The notes beneath the pieces were generated by a model that was not told the DNA's origin, made no database searches, and saw only the letters and a list, made by a program, of their open reading frames with translations. DNA of 64,000 bases from Selaginella moellendorffii (lineage: Eukaryota > Plantae > Lycopodiophyta): assembly GCF_000143415.4 (NCBI RefSeq), contig NW_003314401.1, positions 62,001 through 126,000 of the forward strand, read 5' to 3'. Position numbers and translations under genes: made by a program. Positions 24,243 through 35,375 of this stretch are shown here, piece by piece (the first letter of the stretch is position 1; every line of letters begins with the position of its first letter).

Positions 24243-25886
24243 GTGACCGCAGCCGTCGGTCGTCGGTTTGGCTCTGTCAGATTGACGAGCCCCCAGGATG
24301 GAGATATGATTCGCTGAAATTTCCATGGTTTTTAAATTATTTGCTGGGCGCTATAAAATCTTTGGCGGATTTGCTGAGGTCCCGGCGCCGGCAAACAACC
24401 TCCGGCGAGATCCTGGCGAATCTCGTCCACCACGACTGGGTAAAAACACGGTTTCTTACCGCGCGGTCAAAAGTGAAAAGCCGGGAGTTACATTGATTGA
24501 TTTTCGCCTGGCTTCAAACACTAGGCAGGTACCTAAGCTGTATGATCGGAAACGAGAAGCTTAGAAAAATTTAGATGTCTAGTTTGGTCCGCCACCTTTT
24601 GTTGCGCAAAGATTTTGCCTTTTCGCTTTTGTTTTTTCAAAGATTTGGGATATGGTTGTGCGTGGCGGAAATTAGAGAGCTGGTCAATGTGGCCCAAGCA
24701 TAACAATACAAAACCCATTTGACCCCACTTTCGTCACGAAGAATCCATACAAAAATCACGGCTGCGGAGTGTCTCTTCTCGACTCGCTCCAATTGTTGCG
24801 CATGAGCATGACCTTGGCACTGTTGGAAAGATTTGCGCAGAGATCTTGGCATATGATCATGATCCCGGCGCCAAACAAATCTCTCTCTTCTCTACTTTAC
24901 AAATATGGAGATTGGGGGGATATTCGCCAAATTGGTATTCAATCTGGATTTGACATTGTGTTTGTCAAGTGTTCCTCACTCCTCCCGTTTGCGCCAGCCG
25001 GCACCCACGAAACAAGAAAACTAAACGATTCCGGATCTCCCCTCCAGCGAAGCCAAGGATTCCCGGGCGGGGAATATGCCCTGGTCCGTGGTCAAAGGTA
25101 AAAAACGCACGGGTGGTGTGGTAATTTTGGTAAATCTTTCTTAAATTTGGCGTCGCCACAGGCCCTAGGTGGATTTGCAAGCTTTCTAGGAAGTTGGCGC
25201 CACCAAATTGTCGCCGCTGTTTTACCACGCCCGGTATTTTTCACCGCGGTTTTTACCACGGCTCCAGCCCGCGAATAAGCGCTCTAGAGGAGACAATGGA
25301 CGGACAAAGTGTTTTGGCGGTGCGATATGATTCGATGCTCTCTATCAAATCTTTTGTTGGAAAACCAGCACCCACATTTACAACATTTGTATGATTTTTA
25401 TGTGTATAATGCACACAAGGTTGGTGGCACATCCAAAGATTGTCTCGAATCGCGGCGAGCGAAAACCACGCCCCCAATGCTCTTTTGGTGGCGCCACCGT
25501 TGCCCTAATTAGTTCCTGTCTTTCTGGGCCTCGTCCGTACGCCGCCGCGTCGTGACGTGTACGGCCCCCCCCCCCCCCCGTTCCAACGAGGCGGCTCATT
25601 CTCTTCTTCCTCGCCGATGGAACAGTGCGCGGCTTCTTGCGACTCGCGACTTAGGGTTTCTCGGTGGGCACGGCAGGTAATCAATGTCTCGCTCGCCAGC
25701 CCGCGCGCATTGCATGGATCCACCCATCACTTTCTCTTGGCTTGTTCGCAGCTGCATTTCCACTCGGCACGCTTGATCTTCCGGCCTGGATCTTGTTTCC
25801 CTCGGCGATCTCCTCGAGCCTGTGACTGGGATCAAATGCGTTGTGTCGCTCTTGAGGATTAGGAATTCCATCCAGAGGGGGAAGGA

Positions 25887-27976
25887 ATGAGCTACCGGAG
25901 AACTCGCGTTGGGAAGTATGAGCTGGGACGGACACTTGGAGAAGGTACTTTTGCCAAGGTCAAGTACGCCAGGAACTTGGAGACGAACGAGAGCGTCGCG
26001 ATTAAGATCTTGGACAAGGAGAAGATTTTGAAGCACAAGATGGTCGATCAGGTAAAGCAGAAATGGTCGAGCTCGCTTTCATTGCTGGTCATCTTGACGA
26101 ACTTTACAGATCAAACGCGAAATTTCTACAATGAAGCTGGTGAGACATCCCAACGTCATTCAGCTGTTTGAGGTAAGTAAGCTTATATTTCAACCATTTC
26201 CCAAAGCTCTCTTCTTTTTTGGTGGTGAGACTTTCCTTTACAGGTTATAGGCAGCAAGACCAAGATTTATATGGTTATGGAATATGTCACAGGTGGAGAA
26301 ATGTTTGACAAGATCGTAAGGCATCTGACAGTTTTTCATTAAAGAATGACATAGATTTCTTTTTATTTCTTTTTCGTCCAGGCGCGAGAGGGAAAGCAAG
26401 ATGAACGTAAAGCCCGAATATATTTCCAGCAACTGATCGATGCTGTGGATTATTGTCACAGCAGGGGTGTCTGCCACCGTGACTTAAAGGTGATTCTCGA
26501 AAGAAACGAACTGATATTTGTAGAGCTCTCGACTTAGAAGCGTTTGTTTTGGCAGCCAGAGAACTTGCTATTGGATTCAGATGGAAACTTGAAAATCTCA
26601 GACTTCGGTCTAAGTGCCCTTCCTCAACAGTGCCGAGTTAAGTTCACCATAAGAGAACTCGCTCATTAAATTAGTGAATGATTTTACAGTCGGATGGCCT
26701 TCTTCATACAACGTGTGGAACGCCAAACTACGTAGCTCCCGAGGTAACTGCGTTGCTTGTTGTTTTAGCTTGTGTGAACTTATCGTTCTACAGGTCATCA
26801 GTGACAAAGGCTACGACGGTTTCAAAGCCGATATCTGGTCTTGCGGAATTGTTTTGTATGTCCTCTTGGCTGGATACTTGCCATTTGACGAGCCTAATCT
26901 GGTGGCACTGTACAAGAAGGTATGAAAACATCTGTTTGGTTGTTTTTCCTGTTCAGCTGACATGAATTAAATGCGAATTAGATGCATCGCGCAGATTTTA
27001 CATTTCCGCATTGGTTTTCAAGGGGCTCCCGAAAGCTTGTACAAAAGATACTGGATCCAAATCCGAAATCAGTAAGAATTAAATTGGCATCGTTGATGTA
27101 GTAACCTTTGCTTGTGCTTGTCTCTCTCTCTCCCTTTTCCGAATTTGTGCGTCAGCGCATATCCATCTCCAGAATAATGGACAATGAGTGGTTTCAAGTC
27201 GAACACAAACCAATGACACTTGGAAAGGAACAAAGTCCCAACCTTGACGACATTGATGCGGTGTTTAATGGTTCTGAGGTAGGACGGCGTGTCTGGCCAA
27301 TTGACATGAAAGAGAACTGAAATTTTCTTGCAGGCTCATCTTGTGGCGGAGAAAGAGGAGCCACAACCAGTCACCATGAATGCTTTTGAGATCATATCGA
27401 TGTCGCGAGGATTCAACTTGTCAGGCCTTTTCGAGCATCGTGTAAGTATCCTCAAGCATTTATCTTTCCTCTCTATAGAGATGCTCACGATCGAGTAACT
27501 TGTTGTAGGAGGTGGAACGCGAGTCACGGTTCACATCGAAACATCCTGCGAAAGAGATTGTGAGAACAATAGAAGAAACTGCGAGACCGCTGGGCTTCAA
27601 TATCCAGAAGAGGAACTACAAGGTATAGTTCTACAAGGATTGCATGAGTTGGACAAGCACTTTCCTTCAGATGACGCTGCAAGGGTCAAAGCGAGGTAGG
27701 AAAGGTCATCTTTCGGTGTGCACGGAGGTAAAGCGTTTTGGTTCTCTTTCTCTCGTACAAAAGCTCTGCTCTCAGGTCTTCGAAGTTGCACCGTCTTTTT
27801 ACGTGGTGGAGCTACGGAAATCTGGTGGCGATACACTCGAGTATCACAAGGCAATTGTTTGACTCTTCTTTATTTCTCTTCCTCGCAATCAACATTAACA
27901 ATATGCTGTCGCTGCGCAGTTCCACCAGTCGTTCACAACGGGACTCAAAGACATCATCTGGAAAGATCAGACGTAA
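25887..27976 (+). CDS. CIPK: CBL-interacting protein kinase (SnRK3), intron-rich clade; termini may be extended by splicing
   Basis: [43 protein letters not shown] motif [27 protein letters not shown]. Confidence 0.95.
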
Positions 27977-29120
27977 ACCTTCGTAAGCAACTTTCTCCTT
28001 TTCTTTTTGGTTTGAAACTATACAAGCTTGCCAGGCAGGAACCATCCCAGTCTAAATTACAACTTACATCCCGTGCTACGGAAGGCTATCAAAGAGAGAC
28101 CCCTCCAAGCCTTCCGAGTAAATGGCTCGGACTCCAGGAGAAAGAGATAGAGGTACTTAAGTGCTTGATTTTGGATTACTAAACAATTGGAATCTCTCCA
28201 GACGAGACGAGCAGTACGAGAGAGCGAGAGAGAAGCAAGACTCAGACCCAAGGCTTGAATTGAAGCAAGGCCGCGGCGAGAAAAGCAAGGACATCGCTTC
28301 AGTGGACACAGAGGTATTACTCCCTTTTCAGATGCCTCCTAGAAACAAAGAATAGTTTTTCCATCTCTTCTATCAGTTTTCTTCTCTTTTTTTTCCTCGG
28401 CCTCTCTCTCTCCTCTCTCTCTCTCTCTCTCCCATTCATGCGTTGTCGCGTCTCATGCATTTGTTTGTACGTAGCACGTAGGTATATTTCTTCCTTTTCT
28501 TTCTCGTACTCTTTTCTTCGACTATTTTTCCGTTTTTTTTTTTTTTGGCTTCATGGTGGAGCTACGGCTCTGCCACACGGAAGCATACGTCTTGTGGTTT
28601 GGATTTTGTCTCGGCGCTTTTCCTCCCTCTGTGTGATTTGCTTTGCTTCCACTCTGGGAAGGAAGAAAGTGAGCTGTGACTGGGCTGTATGAGAGCGTGA
28701 ATTAACGAATCCAGGACATGATCGACAGGACCAAGTTGTGGATTCAACCAAAGGAATCTGCGACAATCCCAAATCTTGCGCTGCAGGATGAGATCACCCA
28801 AGCGCTGAGCACGATGATGCGATGAATGAGATCATGTGTCTGTGCTGCTTTGCTTGATTGCTAGCTTGCGTCTTGGCTCGCTTGGTCGCTTGTCTTGGCT
28901 TGCGGCTATGGAGGATGTATGCTTCCTCGTAAATCTGGTGGCACGATCGATTATATGTTTTGGATCAAGTCAGAGCATCAGCCACCACGTTGTTTCGCTG
29001 GAGGAAAAACTAAAGTTTCTATCACCTTGCCTATGAATCAAGGAGTTGAGTGGTCACACCCGTGAAGAAAGAAAGCGAATATCGAATAATATAGGTAGCT
29101 TTGGTTGAAATAAAGGAATC

Positions 29121-29290
29121 TCTCGGCTTTTGTTGAGAGAAAAAAGAATCTTCCGCTCTCTCGCTCTCTCTTTCTTGCTTTTTTTTTCTCTTTCTCTCTC
29201 TCTCTCTCTCTCGGCTTTTGTTGAGAGAAAAAGGAATCTTCCGCTCTCTCTTTCTTGCTTTTTTTTTCTTCCTCTCTCTCTCTCTCTCTT
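29121..29290. repeat. Tandem duplication of about 88 bp containing (CT)n
   Basis: TCTCGGCTTTTGTTGAGAGAAAAA.GAATCTTCCGCTCTCTC at 29121 and 29209. Confidence 0.8.
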
Positions 29291-30219
29291 TGTTTTGCCG
29301 CGTTCGCTCGCCCGGATCATAGACTAGGTAGGGCGGGTGGTGGCAGAAATTTCAAAGTCTTTGCCAGGATTCCCACCAGGAATAATGTTTGCGATTCTAT
29401 AAGGTTGAGGTTGTTTGGTTTGTTTGAGTGTGGTTTGTGATTATCTCATCATACACCCGCGATAACTCATATGCCAATCATTCGCAATGGACGCATCACT
29501 CCCACCCTTGGCCGCGAGTGCTTTGCACAAGATTTTTTTTTTTTTAGCAAGTGTCGCTGGGAGATCTCCTTCGCCACACTCGCAGACTTTGCTTAGATAA
29601 TCTATGCCACAGAGCGAACTCTTGTCAGCATTCTCGAGCAACCAAAGAGCACGAGAGCGATCGATCGATTGTTTACATTGTCTGCTAAGCGGGAAAAGCG
29701 AGAGAGTTACACTCGATCGAGAGCGAATTGCTTGCGAGGGGTGGAGCATCCGGATGCTCGTGGACAGCGAGATCGCCAAGGCGAGACCACGCTCGCGAGG
29801 ATATAATTCGCATATGAGGAACAGCTATACCGCGGGGTTTATCAAATCGCGATTTGATAATCAATCAATCACCCTCTCGTGTGGTGCAAATAACTTACGC
29901 ATAGATCATCCTCTAGATCCACCCCGCAAGGGAGATCTGCAGCGAGGAGAGAGCGATTAGAGGAATATTTATGCGAGCCTTTCACTTTCGTGATTGTTGG
30001 TGAAGCATTGTCAAGAGAGGGTCCATGGCAAAGCTTAAACAATGGAAAAAGAAGAATGTGGCTAATCAAGCTCTTGGGCCGCGTAGCTAGAGCGGAGAGG
30101 AGCGAGAGCTACAAAACCTGGAGAAGGAAGAAGCGCTGCGCAGGATTGGATTGGAGGAGCGCAGGATTTGCTCCGCGTTTTCTACGAGTTATTTCTTTGA
30201 TTCTTTCTTCACCGCGCCG

Positions 30220-30222
<3 letters not shown>

Positions 30223-30255
<33 letters not shown>
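30223..30255. repeat. (CT)n microsatellite just upstream of the carboxylesterase ATG
   Basis: Direct inspection. Confidence 0.85.
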
Positions 30256-30257
<2 letters not shown>

Positions 30258-30280
30258 CGGGAGCGCGAGAGAGCTAGAGC

Positions 30281-31372
30281 ATGATGGGCGATTCCACAGG
30301 GCCGCCAGCGTCCGCGCAGAGCTGGGAAATCCCCGAGGTTGCCGCGGATTCCAGCTTCGCGGATGGTGTGGCGTCGCGGGATGTCAAGCTCGGCGGTGGC
30401 GATGGTCGTGTGTGGGTCAGGCTCTATCTCCCCGCGGCGGCGCTCCAGATCAATTCCAAGCGCAAGCTCCCCATTGTGGTCCATGTCCACGGCGGAGGAT
30501 TCGTCCGATTCAGCGCCGCCACGTCCTCGTACCACGATTTCTGCAAGAAGGTAGCCACTGATGCCACTGCTCTTGTTGTCTCGCTCAACCACAGATTGGC
30601 GCCGGCCTCGTGCCTCCCCGCCGCCTACCAAGACCTCGTCTCGGCGCTCCACTGGCTCCGAGCCCAAGCTCTTCTCTCCACCAGCGATGGCGATGGTGGC
30701 GATGCTGCCAGCGCTACTGTGGATGGCAATGGTGATAGTCATGATCACCACCACCAGATCACGAGCTTGCGCGATGGTGGCGACCACCATCTTCCTCAAA
30801 GGGATCCCTGGCTAGCCTCGTATGCCGACTTCTCCAGCTTGATCTTCATGGGCGGAAGCTCTGGCGGCAACATCGTCCACAACGCGCTCCTCATGGTGCT
30901 CGAGTCGTCCAAGAGCAAGCGCGCGCTCCTCCCTCCTCTCAGCTTCGCCGCCCAGATCCTCCTCCAGCCATTCTTTGGTGGCGCGCACAGGACCGCCTCG
31001 GAGCTCCGCCTCTCCGACGGCCCCATCCTCACGCTCGCCATGAGCGACCAGCTGTGGAGCCTTGCGCTCCCGGATGGCGCGTCGCGCGACCATCCCTTCT
31101 GCGATCCTCTCGCGGCCGCGCAGCCGCTGCCATGCAATCTCCCGCCGGCGCTGGTGATCGTGGGCGGGCGAGACTTGCTCCACGACCGCCAGGTCGCCTA
31201 CGCGGATTTCCTGCGCAAGAGCGGCGTGGAGGTGAAGCTCGTGGAGTATCCTGACGCGACGCATGGATTCGTCACGCCCGATGGAACCGTGAGCTACGTG
31301 TTCATGCCCGAGGTGCTCCAATTCATCCGCTCCAGCGCCATCGCTCCCCGAGCGTCGCCAGCTTTGACATGA
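30281..31372 (+). CDS. HSL-family carboxylesterase, GID1-like, single exon
   Basis: VHVHGGGF, SLNHRLAP, GGSSGGNI, RDHP, GRDLLHD, ATHGF. Confidence 0.92.
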   Translation: MMGDSTGPPASAQSWEIPEVAADSSFADGVASRDVKLGGGDGRVWVRLYLPAAALQINSKRKLPIVVHVHGGGFVRFSAATSSYHDFCKKVATDATALVVSLNHRLAPASCLPAAYQDLVSALHWLRAQALLSTSDGDGGDAASATVDGNGDSHDHHHQITSLRDGGDHHLPQRDPWLASYADFSSLIFMGGSSGGNIVHNALLMVLESSKSKRALLPPLSFAAQILLQPFFGGAHRTASELRLSDGPILTLAMSDQLWSLALPDGASRDHPFCDPLAAAQPLPCNLPPALVIVGGRDLLHDRQVAYADFLRKSGVEVKLVEYPDATHGFVTPDGTVSYVFMPEVLQFIRSSAIAPRASPALT

Positions 31373-31894
31373 TCGCGATGGTATATTTATATATGTGGCT
31401 CCTCGCCAAGCTTCCCTTTCTCGACAGTACGTGATGGTGATGAACTGCCTCTTTCCTCGCCGATCGCATCGCCCATCACTGTGAGGATCCAAGAACAAAA
31501 AAGAAAGCTGGGTGCTGCTCATGATAAAACGATTGATCGTAGTACTAGTGGGACTTTGCGTTTGTAAATAAAAATGGAGGCTTTTCTTTTCTTCTACTTT
31601 GTGTCTTTTCACTTAGTGTTCTCTTAATGATCTTCCTGATTCGAGCGATGGTTTTGGCGTGTGCTCTTGTTTCGATGCTGCTGGCCTACTTCTCTCCCGC
31701 TCGAATCCCACCGGAGAGCTTGTCCTTGGATCTTTAAGCTTGAGCCTTCCCTCTTGTCTCTTGCCAGCGTCACTACCTCGGACCGAGACGCACAGAAGTT
31801 TGGCATTTTGTCTATGCCGTCCTTCCTTTGGCGTCCTTCCATGGAAGAGATGCAACTTTGGCTCTCTAAGTTCGTCGCTTCGCCAGAGAGCGAT

Positions 31895-33406
31895 TCACTG
31901 TCTTGCGTACTTCTTTGCGGAGTATAGATTGGAGATGAGAACGTAGGATCCACAGCTCCTGGACCTCATCTCGAGCACACTCTGTGCAACGCTAGAACTT
32001 TCCTGTCTCGAGTCACCTTGTGTTCCACAAGCCGAAAGTAGCGTCGCCCACGCAGGAGTCTCCGGGACAAACGGCATGTTTTGGATGAGATCCTTGGCCT
32101 CGGCCAGTCTCCCTGCGCGGCTCAGGAGATCCAGAATGGACCTGAAGTGGCCGGCTTGAGGACGCAGGCGGTGGTCGAAAGCCATTGCCTTGAAGTGGGA
32201 CAATGCGTCTTTCAGCATGCCTGCGTGACCGCAAGCGGAAACCAAGCTCAAGTATGTCACCTCGTTTGGCTCCCAGCCATCGAGAAGCATGAGATAGAGG
32301 TGGCCAAGAGCCTCCGCTACGCTCTTGTCTCTCAGAGTCCTCCATTGGTTTCTATTACGATCGTTGAGCAGCCGAGAGTATCCCAGCTCGGCCATCGCAT
32401 CCAGCCTTCCGACTTGCGAGACAGCTTGTATCATAGCGTTCCAGGACACCAAGTTCTTCTCCGGCATGACCTCAAACACTTTCCATGCTTCTTGGAGATG
32501 CCCGTTTTGCGCATATGCCGTTCCCATGGCAGTCCAAGAGATCGAATCCCGGAACGGCATTTGCTCAAACATGCTGCGTGCTTCATCAAAGTTTCCGTTT
32601 TGTGCGTAAGCCAGAACCATGACATTAAAGACGACCAGGTTGTGCTCTGGCATCATGTCGAACAAAAACTTGGCCTCTCCAGCATGCGCATTTTGGGCAT
32701 ATGCGGTGACAATGCTACACCAAGCTACAAGATCAAAGAAAGGCATCGTGTCAAAGTATCCCCTGGCTTTCTCCGGGTTTCCTTGCTCACCACACGCAGC
32801 GATCATACCAGTCCACGACACAACATTCTTCTCCAGCAGCGTTTCAAACATCTTCTCCGCTTCTTCCACATAAGAATTCGTCGAAAATACCTGGAGCATG
32901 GTGTTCCACGACATGGTGTTCCACACCGGCATGCCATCAAAGATGATCTTGGCAGCCCTCACCTCTCCAACCCTCCCAAGAGCCGCAATCATAGCGGTAA
33001 AGGATGCCTCGTCTTTTGTTGGCATCTCCTCGAAGACTTTACGCGCCTCGACAATATACCCCGCTTGGGCATATGCTGCAAGAATGGTGTTCCAAGAGAC
33101 ACCATCTTTGCAAGGCGTTTGATCAAACACGGCACGAGCGTCCTCAACGTAGCCGTTATCGGAGAGCGCCGAGATCATTATATTCCACGAGATTGTGTTG
33201 GGCTCGTAGACCTCTCGGAACGCCTGCCTTGCGCTCTCTACATCCCCGCATTTGCCATACATCTCTACCAACAAATTGCCCAAGTATCTGTTTCTCCGAA
33301 ACTCGCTGCCCAGGACGCGCTCGTGGAGTTGTCTCCCCTGGCGTGTGTCTTGGCAAGATCGGATGAGCGATGCATAGTGCTCGATGCGCTCTTGCCTCGC
33401 AAGCAT
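31895..33406 (-). CDS. PLS-class PPR protein with E domain, no DYW
   Basis: 31-aa motif array; HFRSILDLLSRAG, MPFVPETPAWATLLSAC, GSYVLISNLY. Confidence 0.92.
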   Translation of the reverse strand: MLARQERIEHYASLIRSCQDTRQGRQLHERVLGSEFRRNRYLGNLLVEMYGKCGDVESARQAFREVYEPNTISWNIMISALSDNGYVEDARAVFDQTPCKDGVSWNTILAAYAQAGYIVEARKVFEEMPTKDEASFTAMIAALGRVGEVRAAKIIFDGMPVWNTMSWNTMLQVFSTNSYVEEAEKMFETLLEKNVVSWTGMIAACGEQGNPEKARGYFDTMPFFDLVAWCSIVTAYAQNAHAGEAKFLFDMMPEHNLVVFNVMVLAYAQNGNFDEARSMFEQMPFRDSISWTAMGTAYAQNGHLQEAWKVFEVMPEKNLVSWNAMIQAVSQVGRLDAMAELGYSRLLNDRNRNQWRTLRDKSVAEALGHLYLMLLDGWEPNEVTYLSLVSACGHAGMLKDALSHFKAMAFDHRLRPQAGHFRSILDLLSRAGRLAEAKDLIQNMPFVPETPAWATLLSACGTQGDSRQESSSVAQSVLEMRSRSCGSYVLISNLYSAKKYARQ

Positions 33407-33515
33407 TTGACACAATCATATCTTAGTATATGGCACAAGAGATTGCGAGAGGCTTACTTCTAATCCACCGTTCTTGGATGAATCGCTATCGCCCAGCACG
33501 CGCTCGAGAGAAACA

Positions 33516-35375
33516 ATGCAATCTATCGAGGAGCTCGCAAGGTTTGGGTCCCTTGTCAGATCATGCGGCAATTCCAAGGACCTCGACCGAGGACGATGTG
33601 TTCACGCACAGATCACTGCTAGCGAGCACAGATCAAACAGATACCTCGGAAATCTTTTGGTAGACATGTATGGACGGTGTGGGCAGCTCGAGCAAGCATG
33701 GCTGGTGTTTCACCAACTTTACAAGGCCAACGTTTTCTCCTGGAACATCATGATGTCTGCACTTGCCCAGAATGGTCATTTGGGAAAAGCGAGGTCTATG
33801 TTTGATTCGATGCCTCAAAGAGATCTCGTTTCTTGGAATACTATTATAGCCGCGTATGCCGACATTGGAAACTTTGATCAAGCAAGTATGTTGTTTCAAG
33901 CCATGCCGGAGAGGGATGTTGTATCGTGGACTGCCATGGTTTTAGCATATGCCAAAGGTGAGGATCTGGAAAACGCAAAACTTCTGTTTGATTCAATGCC
34001 TGTTCGGAATGAAATAACATACAACGCCATGCTGCAAGGCTACACACTAAACAAAGAGCTTTCAAAGGCAAGGGACACTTTTGAGAAAATGCCCGAGCAT
34101 GGTACCGTCGCATGGAATGCCATTATTACAGCAAATGCCGCAAGTGGGCATTTCGACATTGCGAAGCAGATCTTTAGTGAGATGCCAGAGCAGGATCTAA
34201 TAGCCTGGAACAGCATGCTTGCGGCACATTCGCAAGATGGCGATGGCGACAAGAGGCTGAATGAAGCGATTGAGTTTTTCGAAGTGATGCCAGAGAGGGA
34301 CGAGGTGTCTTTCACTACAATGCTAGTAATTCTGTTGAGGAGCAGCAAGCTAGATGATGCCAAGGCGCTGTTTGATCGAATGCCCGTGTGGAATGGCATT
34401 GCTTGCAATGCAATGGTTGAAGGCTTCGCGAAGAACAACCACCTTGGAGCTGCCATGGTGCTGTTTGACAGCATGCCCGCGAGAGATATAGTGACGTGGA
34501 CGTCCTTGGTGGCAGGATACTGCGACCACGGACACGTGGAACAAGCCCGAGACATCTTTGACTCCATGCCCGTCCGTGACCAAGTGACGTGGACTACCAT
34601 GCTGGCGGCATATGCCCAAGTCGGGCATGTAGAGGAAGCGAGGAGTTTATTTGTACAAATGCCGTGTCAAAGTCTGGCAGCGTGTAACGCTATGAACTTC
34701 GCTTACATCCAAGCGGGATTCTTAGACGTTTCAAGGAAAGTTTTTGATAGCATGCACGTAAAAGACAGCATTTCATGGTCATCCATGATAACTGCGTATT
34801 CTCGAAGCGGGCATCACACTGAGGCCAGGAAGCTCTTTCGAATGATGCCGGAGCGCACGGTGGTGGCATGGAACATGATGCTGCAGGTCTACACGCGACG
34901 AGAGGATTCCAGTCGGCCGCAGGAGCAGCAGCGACGCAGGGAGCGGAGTTTGAAGCGCGTGAGGTGTGTTCTTGAGCTCTTCCAGTTGATGAAGCTGGAC
35001 GGTTGGGATCCCAACGAGATCACACTGCTCAGTCTCATCTCGGCCTTGGGACACGAGGGATTCTTCGGTTTGGCATGGCGGCACTTCGTGTTCATGGACC
35101 TGGATTACGGCTTGGATCCCCGAGCCAGCCATTTCCGCTGCATTGTCGATCTTCTTGCTCGAGCTGGGCAGCTTGACGAGGCTAAAGGGCTGATCGAGAG
35201 CATGCCATACGTTCCAGAGCTCAAGAATTGGGCCACTCTCCTCTCTGCGTGTGATATCCATGGTGACACGCAGCAGGGAGCGGCCGCTGCAAGGAATGCC
35301 GTCGGAGTCGATGAGCAAAACCGGTTGCCATACATTCTCCTGTCAAATGCCTTGAAAAGAGTATGTCAACTATGA
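33516..35375 (+). CDS. PLS-class PPR protein with E domain, no DYW
   Basis: 31-aa motif array; HFRCIVDLLARAG, MPYVPELKNWATLLSAC, PYILLSN. Confidence 0.92.
   Translation: MQSIEELARFGSLVRSCGNSKDLDRGRCVHAQITASEHRSNRYLGNLLVDMYGRCGQLEQAWLVFHQLYKANVFSWNIMMSALAQNGHLGKARSMFDSMPQRDLVSWNTIIAAYADIGNFDQASMLFQAMPERDVVSWTAMVLAYAKGEDLENAKLLFDSMPVRNEITYNAMLQGYTLNKELSKARDTFEKMPEHGTVAWNAIITANAASGHFDIAKQIFSEMPEQDLIAWNSMLAAHSQDGDGDKRLNEAIEFFEVMPERDEVSFTTMLVILLRSSKLDDAKALFDRMPVWNGIACNAMVEGFAKNNHLGAAMVLFDSMPARDIVTWTSLVAGYCDHGHVEQARDIFDSMPVRDQVTWTTMLAAYAQVGHVEEARSLFVQMPCQSLAACNAMNFAYIQAGFLDVSRKVFDSMHVKDSISWSSMITAYSRSGHHTEARKLFRMMPERTVVAWNMMLQVYTRREDSSRPQEQQRRRERSLKRVRCVLELFQLMKLDGWDPNEITLLSLISALGHEGFFGLAWRHFVFMDLDYGLDPRASHFRCIVDLLARAGQLDEAKGLIESMPYVPELKNWATLLSACDIHGDTQQGAAAARNAVGVDEQNRLPYILLSNALKRVCQL

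Noticed and set aside
32081-33463. 460-aa antisense ORF over a PPR, and similar ORFs over ADK, TBL, the carboxylesterase and SDE3
   Set aside because: Antisense shadows of GC-rich coding sequence with no recognisable motifs
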